Positions 39,786 to 49,309 of a DNA stretch of 63,997 nucleotides are shown in pieces (the stretch's first letter is position 1; every line of letters begins with the position of its first letter). The notes under the pieces were generated by a model that did not search any database, was not told the DNA's origin, and saw only the letters and a program-made list of their open reading frames with translations. Position numbers and translations under genes: made by a program. Source of the DNA: Opitutia bacterium (lineage in GTDB: Bacteria; Verrucomicrobiota; Verrucomicrobiia; Opitutales; T3Sed10-336); assembly GCA_050506795.1 (NCBI GenBank), contig JBJHCF010000031.1, positions 1 to 63,997 of the forward strand, written 5' to 3'.

Positions 39786-40706
39786 TCACGCCATGTTCCT
39801 GACTTTAGCGCGTCTGCGATAAGCCGCCACGATGCCGACTCCCAACGCCATTAGCAGAGCGTAGCTGGAGGGTTCGGGCACATAGGCAAGGTCGTATTTT
39901 TCTCCCAGATACCGTCCGACCTCCAACATTTCCTGTTCACTAAGCACCCTATCAAATATCAAAAATTCGGCAATGTAGCCATCCCAGAACTGGCCCGGAC
40001 TCATGCCGTCGGAACCTCCGGCGTTCGATCCGACGCGAAAGGTATTGCTGTCGGTTGCCGAGGTGTTTCCCGGATCCAGAAACGAATTATCTTCAACCAG
40101 CAACTCACCGTTTATGGAAAACGCGGAACGCGCATTTCCATAATCGATAAAGCCGGAATCAATGCCCCATTCTTCAAAAAGGCGGGTGCCGCTCGGAGTT
40201 TCGATCGATTGAAACCCGTCCGAATCATTACGCCGTCCCCCAAGCCGGTGATCGCTGGTCGCGCGGTAAAACATGGCCCGCGCGGTATTGGGTGAAGTAT
40301 CTCCGCCCGCGCTGATTCGGGAATAAAGCTGCGCCCCACTTCCAGTATTCCAACCGACGGCGAAAAATGTAATTCCGGAAATATTGTTGGTCATCCCCAG
40401 GGCGTCCGGAGAGGTCGTGTCCAACGATGAGCTGTTAAACAAAACCGCGGGCCGTCCGTTGATGACATTGTCTTGCCAAACCGGGGAATTGGTACCTGCC
40501 GCGCCGAGCGGCGTGAACACAATATCATTGTTTCCGCTGGAATCGCTCCATTGCAGAACTTCACCATCAACCGTCTGCATACTGCCCGCATTACCGGCAT
40601 CAAGCCTCAACTGGAGACCGGGAATTTCCGGAATGCTCTGCGCATGAGCTGTGCCCGCGACGGCCAGAATTAAAGAGAATAAGGGAAGGAATTTTTTCGC
40701 TGACAT
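39786..40706 (-). CDS. PEP-CTERM surface protein with a LamG-like domain
   Basis: Signal peptide; LRLDA..W.D.SGN, INGRPAV.F, G.IAE.LIFDRVLS..E...V..YL..KY; C-terminal VPEPSSYALL..RRR. Confidence 0.9.
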   Translation of the reverse strand: MSAKKFLPLFSLILAVAGTAHAQSIPEIPGLQLRLDAGNAGSMQTVDGEVLQWSDSSGNNDIVFTPLGAAGTNSPVWQDNVINGRPAVLFNSSSLDTTSPDALGMTNNISGITFFAVGWNTGSGAQLYSRISAGGDTSPNTARAMFYRATSDHRLGGRRNDSDGFQSIETPSGTRLFEEWGIDSGFIDYGNARSAFSINGELLVEDNSFLDPGNTSATDSNTFRVGSNAGGSDGMSPGQFWDGYIAEFLIFDRVLSEQEMLEVGRYLGEKYDLAYVPEPSSYALLMALGVGIVAAYRRRAKVRNMA

Positions 40707-40768
40707 AATAGTGTATCGTTCTTGATGTTTGATTGTTATTTGGAGATTTACGCCGCCGGGCAGGAAAG

Positions 40769-42832
40769 TCAGTCGATCCGGATAACGCGGAAAAAGGCAC
40801 GAGACTGGCCGTCAAAGGGAACAAAGATTCGTTCATCGATCCCAATTCCCTCGATTTCTTCGCCAAAGGGCTCCCATGGCTCGGAGAGATCAAACTTACG
40901 TTCAACTTGATACCGATTGGCCAGTTGGGTGGAGAATTGGAGTTCCAAACCGTCCACCACTTCGAAATCGATTTCCGTTTCGGTAGTAACCGCGTAGGGC
41001 AAGCCGTATTTCGTCGCCAGGTAAGCGCCGACCTGATTACGCTCTTCCAGCGAGAGAGCCCGCTCAAACAGGAGAATCTCAGCAATATCCCCATCCCAAA
41101 GCTGCCCCGGATCATCTGCCGTATTGGCTGCGATACGGAACCGGTGCGCATCGGTGGGACTTGTGTTTCCGCCTTCCGCAGCGCCTGCGGTGAATGAAAG
41201 ATTACGGTCAACCTCCGCGCCTCCAATGTACAGGAAACCTTCGGTATTCTCAAAATCGAGTACGCTGGAATCAATGCCCCACTCCTCGACCAGGCGGGGC
41301 CCGCCGATGAGCGTTTCCGTTCCGCCTTCGTCCAGCCGCCCGCCAATCGCGCGGTGATCGTTGGTCGCGCGGTAAAACATGGCCCGGGCCGCTGTCGGCG
41401 ACGCTTCGCCTCCCTTGCTGATGCGCAAATAGTTTTGCGCGCCGCTGCCGGAATTCCACCCAACCCCAAAAAAGGTCAGGGCCGGTATGTCGTTAGTAAG
41501 TGCCAGAGCAGCAGACGATTCAGATTCCAGGAAACGGCCCCCGTCAAAGATCAGAGCCGGCCTCCCGTTGATCCAGTTATTGATGCGCACCGGACGCCGC
41601 GCGGAATCCGCCTGTACGAACTCCATGTCCTCGCCATTCGCGCTGCGCCACGCATTTACGTTGGACCCCTCAAGCGACAACGTATCCGCCGCGGACGCGT
41701 CCAAATGCAAGCGCAGACCCTCAATCTCGGGGAGCTCCGGAGTCCCCGATTCCTGAGCCTGTTCGCTGACCCACTCGATCACCCGAAATGTTGACGCGTC
41801 GGCTGTTCCGGGCAATGACAACGACATCCGCTCCCCAGTACCAGCCATCGGAGTCTCCATGATACGCTGCCAATCCCCGTTGCCCAGGGTGTTGAAAATG
41901 AGATACTCTCGGCCTTCGACTGTGTCAAATTCAAGTTTTCTGACCGGACTGTCCAATTCAAGGCTGATACGCTCCACATCCGGCTCCGGCCAATCGAGAC
42001 CGTGCTTCTCCGCAAGATAGCTCCCTACCTGATTGAACTCCGCCGGAGAAAGGACCCGGTTAAAAAATAAAATCTCGGCAATATCACCCTGCCACAACTG
42101 ATCTCTCGGGGTGCGATTGTCGGAACCGACGCTCATTTCCATCGAGTCGGTGGGACTGGTCCGACCCTCGCTCAGCCAGGAGGTGGCTGATTGAATTTCG
42201 ACTCCATTGATGTGCATAAAGACGTTGTCATTCGTGTAATCGGCTATTACCGAATCGATCCCCCATTGCTCAAACAATCGAGTGCCGCTCGGGCTAATGA
42301 TGCTTTCAAAAGCGTCGCTATCCAAGCGCCTTCCACCAAATCGATGATCGTTGGTCGCACGGTAAAACATCAAACGGACCACTGTACTCGCACCTCGGAT
42401 ACGGAGAAAGTTTTGAGCGCCTCCACCGGTATTCCATCCCACTCCGAAGAATGTGACTCCGGCGATGTCGTTCGTCATCGCCCGCGCCGCCGCTGAGTCG
42501 CTGGTCAAAGAGGACGACTCAAAGCGCACCACCGGGCGATTGTTGACCGGTCGCTCCGTATTTTCTTCGCCCGAAATATACGCGGGCGCCCAATCGCCGT
42601 CCACGCCGAACTGCTCTGCGGGTACAAACACGATAGATGGATCGTTGCTGGCCCTCCACTCCACCACACGGCCATCCTGCAGACTGATTGCACTCGAGTC
42701 ACCGGCATCGAGATGAAGGGTCAATCCGGCGATCTCAGGCAACGACGGCTCGTCGCCCGCCCCGATAGAGACAAGAGGACCGGCAAATACCGCCAGACCC
42801 AGCAAAGAAATGATAACTTTTTTTCCAGACAT
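40769..42832 (-). CDS. Secreted protein with two LamG-like domains, each followed by a small 'FRV'-ending domain
   Basis: Two LPEI.GL.LHLDA..G.IAEIL.F.R.LS..E.NQVG.YLA.K.GL repeats; ends RAFFRVIRID. Confidence 0.85.
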   Translation of the reverse strand: MSGKKVIISLLGLAVFAGPLVSIGAGDEPSLPEIAGLTLHLDAGDSSAISLQDGRVVEWRASNDPSIVFVPAEQFGVDGDWAPAYISGEENTERPVNNRPVVRFESSSLTSDSAAARAMTNDIAGVTFFGVGWNTGGGAQNFLRIRGASTVVRLMFYRATNDHRFGGRRLDSDAFESIISPSGTRLFEQWGIDSVIADYTNDNVFMHINGVEIQSATSWLSEGRTSPTDSMEMSVGSDNRTPRDQLWQGDIAEILFFNRVLSPAEFNQVGSYLAEKHGLDWPEPDVERISLELDSPVRKLEFDTVEGREYLIFNTLGNGDWQRIMETPMAGTGERMSLSLPGTADASTFRVIEWVSEQAQESGTPELPEIEGLRLHLDASAADTLSLEGSNVNAWRSANGEDMEFVQADSARRPVRINNWINGRPALIFDGGRFLESESSAALALTNDIPALTFFGVGWNSGSGAQNYLRISKGGEASPTAARAMFYRATNDHRAIGGRLDEGGTETLIGGPRLVEEWGIDSSVLDFENTEGFLYIGGAEVDRNLSFTAGAAEGGNTSPTDAHRFRIAANTADDPGQLWDGDIAEILLFERALSLEERNQVGAYLATKYGLPYAVTTETEIDFEVVDGLELQFSTQLANRYQVERKFDLSEPWEPFGEEIEGIGIDERIFVPFDGQSRAFFRVIRID

Positions 42833-42960
42833 AATCGATTTTCACCTTAATCGTTTCGTTGTTACAGTCTTACAACCAGGCTACCGTTGACGTTCGGCTG
42901 AAGAGAGCACACCAACGATTCACCTTTGAAATCAGCATCCAGAAGGTTTAACCGGCCGAC

Positions 42961-43010
42961 GTTACGAGACCGTGGCGAATCAGTAACGATCACATGACCA
43001 TTTAGTAACA
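42961..43010 (-). promoter_or_regulatory. Pho-box-like array, five units
   Basis: Minus strand TGTTAC, GGTCAT, CGTTAC, CGCCAC, CGTAAC at exact 11-bp spacing, about 130 nt upstream of the 42832 start. Confidence 0.6.
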
Positions 43011-43222
43011 ACCTTGGGACGCGGCAATGGGATTAAGCGCCAATTCGAATGCGCCAAAATTCGATGACAAACCTGCAACCATCGCGTGATCGCTTTTGTT
43101 ATGTGGCTTTCAGGTCGGGTCCAGGTTTTCGAATCCCACGGAAACTCACTTGGACAATGCCCGTTTTTCTCGCGAAGCGATCGACTTGACTATTTAGAAA
43201 AAAAGATGACAAGTGAGAAACC

Positions 43223-44431
43223 ATGTACCTTTCCACGCTCAGGAAACCAATTAGCACTAGAAGTGGCGGCGCGCCAGCCACCGGCATTCGATCTACTCAA
43301 ATAATTAGGTCGACAGATAAATCCATACGGACGGGAACGAGAATTCTTATGGCTGGAATAATCGCGATCCTGGCCACCGGCTGTGGGTCCTCCACGACGA
43401 GCCTGGAATGGCGGCTGACCACTGGAGACCCGGTGTCATCATCACCGGTCATTGCCCCTGATGGAAGGATCTACATCGGCTCGGAGGACTTCCATGTTCA
43501 TGCTGTGCTCCCAAATGGCACCAGACTTTGGACCTTTTCCACCAATGCCGAGGTGCGCGGTTCACCCGCGATCGGAGGCGACGGAACGATTTACGCGGGT
43601 TCGGCCGACGGCGTCCTCTACGCGCTATCGCCTTCGGGGACGGAGCGCTGGCGCTACGTTGCGGGCGTCGGACTACAGTCGTCGCCGGCACTGGCGGCCA
43701 ACGGCACAGTTTACATCGGTTGCCAGGGGGGACGCATACACGCCATAACCCCCCAAGGACGCGTGCTATGGAGGACCAATCTCGGTGGCTCCGTCGCCGC
43801 GACTGTTGCGATTGGCAACAACGGCGTCCTTTATGTCGGCACACGCACAGGAGATTTTTTCGCAATCAACACCGACGGCTCCCGGCGCTGGCATTACCAA
43901 GCGGACGGAGAAATTACGGCTTCCGCGGCCATCGGCGCACAGGGTCAGATTTATTTCGGCACTTGGGAAGGGACATTCCACGCATTGAGCCCTCGGGGTT
44001 CCGTGCTATGGACAAAATCAATCGGAGAGGCCATACGGGGCTCTCCCATAACGGGACCTGACGGAACCGTTTATTTCGGCGCGGACGATGGCCGGTTACA
44101 CGCACTGAATGCGGACGGCGGCGAACGCTGGACATTCGACGCCGGCTCAGGTATCCGCTCCGCGCCGGTTCTCGGAGCGGACGGAAGGCTTTTTGTCGGA
44201 GACCGAAGCGGCGCGTTTTGGGAAGTTAGCCCCGACGGCGAGGGGCGCCGCATCCTGACCGCTTCCTGGGAATTCGAGTCATCGCCGGCTTTAGGCCCGG
44301 ACGGGCGTTTGTACGTGGGCAACGGTGATTTTCGGCTCTACGCTTTGCGGGTATCCACCGCGCTGGCCGAGGCTCCGTGGCCAAAGTTCCGGGCCGACAA
44401 CGCGGGCACATCGAGATCACAGGCGCGGTGA
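43223..44431 (+). CDS. PQQ-like (BamB-type) beta-propeller repeat protein, probable lipoprotein
   Basis: Repeats SSPAIG.DGTIY.GS.DG.LYAL...G..RW; lipobox-like LATGC; start uncertain (possibly 43349). Confidence 0.85.
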   Translation: MYLSTLRKPISTRSGGAPATGIRSTQIIRSTDKSIRTGTRILMAGIIAILATGCGSSTTSLEWRLTTGDPVSSSPVIAPDGRIYIGSEDFHVHAVLPNGTRLWTFSTNAEVRGSPAIGGDGTIYAGSADGVLYALSPSGTERWRYVAGVGLQSSPALAANGTVYIGCQGGRIHAITPQGRVLWRTNLGGSVAATVAIGNNGVLYVGTRTGDFFAINTDGSRRWHYQADGEITASAAIGAQGQIYFGTWEGTFHALSPRGSVLWTKSIGEAIRGSPITGPDGTVYFGADDGRLHALNADGGERWTFDAGSGIRSAPVLGADGRLFVGDRSGAFWEVSPDGEGRRILTASWEFESSPALGPDGRLYVGNGDFRLYALRVSTALAEAPWPKFRADNAGTSRSQAR

Positions 44432-44456
44432 AACAGGAATCCGTGCGCCTCCTGTG

Positions 44457-45899
44457 TCACGGCCTGTCCCAGGGGAGAGAGTACGTCTTGATCCAGGTCA
44501 TTCCCTTCATGGCCTCAATCACGCCTTCTTTCTCGCCCAGGCCGGAGCTTTTGATCCCGCCGAACGGCGACCATTCGAGCCGATAACTCGGCTCGATGTT
44601 CACATTCACCGCGCCGGTTTCCAGCTCCGTGATCACACGTTGTATCGACGGCCAGTGGTCGCTCACGACTGCTCCCGAAAGCCCATAAGGGGTATCGTTG
44701 GCAATTTTGATCGCTTCATCGAGAGTCCTGAAGCGCATGATCGGAGCCACCGGGCCAAAAGTTTCGCAGGCCACCAGTTCCCAATCGTTACGCACATGAT
44801 CCAGAACCGTTGGCGCGTAGATCGCGCGGTCCCGCCGGTGACCGGTCAACAGGCGGGCCCCGCGGTCCAGGGAATTCCGGACCCTGGCTTCCACCAATCG
44901 AGCCGCATCTTCCGTTATCATCGCCCCCATTTGCGTTTCGCGGTCGAAAGGGTCTCCGTACTTGATCCCGGATACCCGTTCCCGCAGAGCCTCCGAAAAA
45001 TTGTCGGCGATATCCTCGTGAACCAGAATCCGGCGAATGGCACTACAGCGCTGTCCACCATTCTTAAAAACTCCTGCCACTGCGATCATAGCGGCTTCAT
45101 CCGGATCCGCATCCGCCAGGACCAGAAGCGCCGAACTGCCTCCAAGCTCCAACACCAGACGTTTGTAACCCGCTCGTTCAGCAATACGTCGGCCGACAGC
45201 GGTGCCGCCGGTAAAGGTGACCATCTCCACCAGTTCGCTGGTTACAAGCGTGTCGGCCACTTCCTCGTCATCACCGCAAATCACATTCAGCATATCCGGC
45301 GGAGCCCCGCATTCCAGACAGAGACGCCCGAAGTAGAAAGCGGTCAATGGGGTCCGACGGGACGGCTTCAATACGACGGCGTTGTTGGTCGCGATCGCCG
45401 GGGCTATCTTGTGCACCACTTGATTAAGCGGGTGATTGAAAGGCGTGATCGCGGCAATCAAGTTGAAAGGCTGCCGCATGGTATAAATCCGCCGATGACG
45501 TCCGCCCGCGGAAACGTCACAGGGAAAAACTTCGGAATCGTCTTCCAGGCTTCGAACCGCGGCGAAACGCAACACATCGGTCGCCCGCTTAACTTCGCAT
45601 GTCGTATCCTGGCGGCAAAGTCCAGATTCCGAGGTAATTAAAAGGCTGATAAAATCCGCTTCTTCATCAATCCGCTCTGCCAAGCGATAAAGCAAACTCG
45701 AACGTTCATACCGGGACAAGGTCATGCGCGCGTCGCGTGTGCGTCTCAGGATTTGCTCCGTTTGCTCGCGCCCAACAACGGACACGCGTCCGGCCCGGTT
45801 GCCCGTTTGCGGATTGAAGATCTCCAGCCAGCGATCTTCGGTCTCCTCCCTCCCGCCTGTAATGGTTCCAAATTCCATGAATTCCAACTCGCTTGTCAT
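44457..45899 (-). CDS. phnY: Phosphonoacetaldehyde dehydrogenase
   Basis: ALDH motifs AITPFNHPLNQV.HKIAPAIATNN, FTGG, LELGG, GQRCSA, ETFGP, PFGGIK.SGLG.KEGV; abuts phnA. Confidence 0.9.
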   Translation of the reverse strand: MTSELEFMEFGTITGGREETEDRWLEIFNPQTGNRAGRVSVVGREQTEQILRRTRDARMTLSRYERSSLLYRLAERIDEEADFISLLITSESGLCRQDTTCEVKRATDVLRFAAVRSLEDDSEVFPCDVSAGGRHRRIYTMRQPFNLIAAITPFNHPLNQVVHKIAPAIATNNAVVLKPSRRTPLTAFYFGRLCLECGAPPDMLNVICGDDEEVADTLVTSELVEMVTFTGGTAVGRRIAERAGYKRLVLELGGSSALLVLADADPDEAAMIAVAGVFKNGGQRCSAIRRILVHEDIADNFSEALRERVSGIKYGDPFDRETQMGAMITEDAARLVEARVRNSLDRGARLLTGHRRDRAIYAPTVLDHVRNDWELVACETFGPVAPIMRFRTLDEAIKIANDTPYGLSGAVVSDHWPSIQRVITELETGAVNVNIEPSYRLEWSPFGGIKSSGLGEKEGVIEAMKGMTWIKTYSLPWDRP

Positions 45900-47141
45900 C
45901 TATCGAACGAGGGTTCCGTTGCAGAGAAAATCGAGAATGTCGTAATTAGGAGTTTCTCCGGTTTGAAGACGACTCCGGTAAGAATCCTGCAAACGTCGAT
46001 TGAATATCATGGGCACCGCCTGTTCATGCAGACCGCCATGTGAACGCAGGCCCGTGGAAACCGAGGAAAGATCGTGCCACTCGGGAGTTCTTCCAAGAAC
46101 CGTGTCCCGGCCGCTCAACACCACCAGATCGCCGATTCGGTCCCCGGGCAGGCGAAAGCGCGCTTCCGCTTCCGCACGATCCAGAACAAGATCAATGCCT
46201 TCCAGACTCTCCAGAAATCTCTCAGCGGGAACGACTTGTTCCGGATGTAAATAAACGGTGGCAAAAGAGCCCAATGCCCCGTGATGCACGACGTAAGGGT
46301 CCGTGATCGGCAGAATTACACGAGCACTGGTCAAACCGCTATCGTGCAGCAGCGATTCGAGGTATTGAACCCTGGGTGAGCCATCCGGCTGCGTTTTTTG
46401 GTTCATCCCGTGATCGGCTGTGATTCCCAGAAACACATCCTGACCATCAATTTCGCCCAAAGCACGGTCAATCCGAGCATAAAAATCCCTGGCTTCCGCC
46501 GCCTCGGGAGCATGCTTGTGTTGCACATAATCAGTGGTGCTCAAGTAAAGAAAGTCCGGCCGATATTCTTGCAACAGCCAGCTTCCGGCTTCAATCCCGT
46601 AAACACTGCATTCCGGATCGTAAACCCCCGGATTGGGACGCCCGATCTTCTCGGTCACCCGTTCCACCCCGTTTTCTTCCAGGGTTGTTTCATGAGCCTT
46701 TTCCACCGAAAAGCAAATGCCGTTTCGCAAATCCTTACCGAGAAGTCGGCGCAGCTTGTCTTTGGCGGTAACCACGGCCGCGGAACGCCCTGCTTGGCTG
46801 AAGGCCGAAAGCGCCGTCGGGCAACGCAGGTATTCCGGATCATTCATCATAACCTCGCGGTCCCTTTGCCGATCGTAATAAAAATTGCCGCAGATTCCAT
46901 TGATCGAGGGAGGTACTCCGGTAACCAGCGCCAAATTGTTCGGGTTGGTAAAAGAGGGTATCACCGATTTCGCGATGCCCTCCGATCCGTCGCGACAGAT
47001 TTTCCGCAGGTTCGGCATCACGTCGCGCGCCGCATCCAAGTACTCGGGAGCTGTCCCGTCGAGACAAATGAACACCACCGGTTTCTCCGGAAGGTTATAT
47101 GTGCGCTGGTTCACCGTCACGGTGTTCAAGGTCGACTTCAT
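45900..47141 (-). CDS. phnA: Phosphonoacetate hydrolase
   Basis: ICLDG, PSFTNPNN, GICGN, YLSTTDYVQHK, TADHGM, ILPITDPYVVHHGALGS, LRSHGG. Confidence 0.95.
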   Translation of the reverse strand: MKSTLNTVTVNQRTYNLPEKPVVFICLDGTAPEYLDAARDVMPNLRKICRDGSEGIAKSVIPSFTNPNNLALVTGVPPSINGICGNFYYDRQRDREVMMNDPEYLRCPTALSAFSQAGRSAAVVTAKDKLRRLLGKDLRNGICFSVEKAHETTLEENGVERVTEKIGRPNPGVYDPECSVYGIEAGSWLLQEYRPDFLYLSTTDYVQHKHAPEAAEARDFYARIDRALGEIDGQDVFLGITADHGMNQKTQPDGSPRVQYLESLLHDSGLTSARVILPITDPYVVHHGALGSFATVYLHPEQVVPAERFLESLEGIDLVLDRAEAEARFRLPGDRIGDLVVLSGRDTVLGRTPEWHDLSSVSTGLRSHGGLHEQAVPMIFNRRLQDSYRSRLQTGETPNYDILDFLCNGTLVR

Positions 47142-47296
47142 AACGAAAAAGGGCGTATACACGGCATAAGCACCGTATCCGCATCACTGTGGATCTATCG
47201 GGACATCGATTCCAAGGGCAAGACAAATATTCCTATAGAGAAATTTTATTTCTCCTCAAGAAACCATCCCGCGGCCGCCATTGTCACCTGATCCAC

Positions 47297-47857
47297 CTAG
47301 GCCCGAGCCCCTGAAAAAACGCACAGCACCTTGGCCGTTCGTTTTCCCGGATTGAGCAGACGATGCTTTTCCGTGGCGTCGAAATAGGCGCATTGGCCCT
47401 TTCTCAAACAAAAACGCTCCAGTCCGTATTCAAGTTCCACGGTTCCCTCAATTACGATGAGAAATTCTTCCCCCTCGTGTGGAAGGGCTTCCTGACGCGG
47501 TTCCCCCGGAGGGACTTCCAACATTAGCGGTTCCATCAACCGCGCATGCCTTGTTGCCGCCAACGAACGATAAACGATATCGGAGTTGGGGCGATCGCGG
47601 TCGACCAACGGACCATCCGCGGAAGAACTCAGGACAATCTTCTTTTTTTCATCAATACCTGCTACTAACTCTGAAAATGTGACGCCCAGCCCTTCCGCAA
47701 TTCTCCCCAGTGCAACCAGGGATGGGGTCACCCGGAAGTTCTCGACCTTTGAAAGCACGCTTTGAGTGAGTTGACTGCGCTCGGCAAGTTGCCCCAGGGT
47801 CATCCCCCTCGTTTTTCGGATCTCGCGAATTCGTTGTGCCAGGAATACCAAGTTCAT
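47297..47857 (-). CDS. XRE-family HTH regulator with cupin domain
   Basis: IREIRK.RGMTL.QLA......S.LSKVEN..VTPS; HEGEEF..V.EG; GQCAYFD...H. Confidence 0.92.
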   Translation of the reverse strand: MNLVFLAQRIREIRKTRGMTLGQLAERSQLTQSVLSKVENFRVTPSLVALGRIAEGLGVTFSELVAGIDEKKKIVLSSSADGPLVDRDRPNSDIVYRSLAATRHARLMEPLMLEVPPGEPRQEALPHEGEEFLIVIEGTVELEYGLERFCLRKGQCAYFDATEKHRLLNPGKRTAKVLCVFSGARA

Positions 47858-47946
47858 CCCAAAGTTATGTTGCTTCACCAAGATTGCACCCGTTGCTGAA
47901 GAATAACAACCCCCGAATCAAGGGTATGTTATGGCGGAGTCAGTCT

Positions 47947-49116
47947 TTATCGAAACGGTTGAATCGCCACCCGAAGAACATTTCTATTCCGAATGGCGTA
48001 GGCGAAAGCATCCTCGATGCGTTCCAGGGGAAAGGTCTTCCCAACCACATGGGAAAAGGGAAACCGGTGTTGGAAACGCTGCAAGAAGCGCAATGCCGCC
48101 AGCAAATCTCTCGGCGTGTAGTTGTGAAGCCCCCTCAAACACAGCAGTCGAGTGGTCACCGTTTGCAAGTCGATTTCGGCCAAAGCGCCGGGAAAAACAC
48201 ACCCAGCAAGGACATAGCGACCGCCGATCTTCAAGGCACGAATCCCATCCGCCACCGCGGCCGGTTGACCGCAAACCTCGATGGCGGCATCGAAGCCGTA
48301 CGGTCCGGCCACCTCACGGGCAACCGCATCCAGATCGCTTCCGCCTTCGCCAATCAAACAAGTATGGGTCGCTCCGAACACCTCGGCCATTGCCAACCGC
48401 TCCGCATTGGTGTCCGTCACCAAAACAGCTCGACACCCAGCCGTAGACGCCATGGCGGCCGCGCAAAGCCCCAGCAGGCCGGCACCCTGGATCAAAACCG
48501 CATCGCCGTTTTGCAAATCAGCGGTACGCTGCGCCGCGGCGACCGTAGCCAAGGCACAATTCGCGAACACCGTTTCGTTGAACCCAAGATCGTCCGGAAG
48601 CCGGTAGAGCGTTGATCCAGCGGCTAAATGCAGGTATTCGGCAAATCCTCCGTTCAGGCGTGGAAGGACGTCCATGGATTCGTGCCCATACTTGAACAAT
48701 CGGGTGCACTTTTGCGGAACTCCGTCACTGCACGGGAAACAGTGACCGCAATGAGCCCCCAGACTCCAGGTTATACGGTCCCCCGGCGCCAGCGACTTTC
48801 CAGCGGAATCCCGTTCCAATCCGGTTCCCAAGCGAACCACAACCCCACACGTTTCATGTCCCAGGATCAAAGGTTTTTCCGGAATGCGACGCCCCTCGTA
48901 GGTGTGAAGGTCGGAGCCGCAAATCGCACTGCAAGCCACCCGCACAATCGCTTCTCCAGGACCCGGCGGAGTCATCTTCACACGAGTCAATGTCAGTCGA
49001 CGCGTCTCGGGATGAAACACCGCCGCACGGCAGGTTTCGGGAAGGTTCGGTAGGGCGCTGGGACCTGATCCCGTGCTTTCATTTGGCCCATCAAGGTCGA
49101 TTTCGGTACGGTTCAT
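47947..49116 (-). CDS. Zn-dependent alcohol dehydrogenase, phosphonate-catabolism-associated (TIGR03366/HpnZ-like)
   Basis: ICGSDLH, LGHE, CGHC..C..G.PQKC..L.KYGHE, ANCA.AT, GAGLLGL, G.VFPG, GLHNY. Confidence 0.8.
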   Translation of the reverse strand: MNRTEIDLDGPNESTGSGPSALPNLPETCRAAVFHPETRRLTLTRVKMTPPGPGEAIVRVACSAICGSDLHTYEGRRIPEKPLILGHETCGVVVRLGTGLERDSAGKSLAPGDRITWSLGAHCGHCFPCSDGVPQKCTRLFKYGHESMDVLPRLNGGFAEYLHLAAGSTLYRLPDDLGFNETVFANCALATVAAAQRTADLQNGDAVLIQGAGLLGLCAAAMASTAGCRAVLVTDTNAERLAMAEVFGATHTCLIGEGGSDLDAVAREVAGPYGFDAAIEVCGQPAAVADGIRALKIGGRYVLAGCVFPGALAEIDLQTVTTRLLCLRGLHNYTPRDLLAALRFLQRFQHRFPFSHVVGKTFPLERIEDAFAYAIRNRNVLRVAIQPFR

Positions 49117-49309
49117 TATTGCCTTTTGAGAAAGAATTATTCCTTTTTGTCAATTCACATTCCGTCGGCGAACCTTCGGCATGCGACGACGAACATGCCT
49201 GTAGGCGCAAATCTTCATCTCCTTCCAAGCGTCGAGCCGACAACGGATCGGCATTACGATCAATCCCGACCTTGATTCATCGCTCCGCTCAAGTAACAAT
49301 CCCGGTGTC

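Noticed and set aside
44325..45641. Long antisense ORFs (also 16157-17602, 50230-51237, 51790-52914)
   Set aside because: Shadows of well-supported genes on the other strand with no recognisable motifs.
30380..49300. Phosphonate locus as an integrative element
   Set aside because: No integrase, tRNA or flanking direct repeat was visible at either edge.
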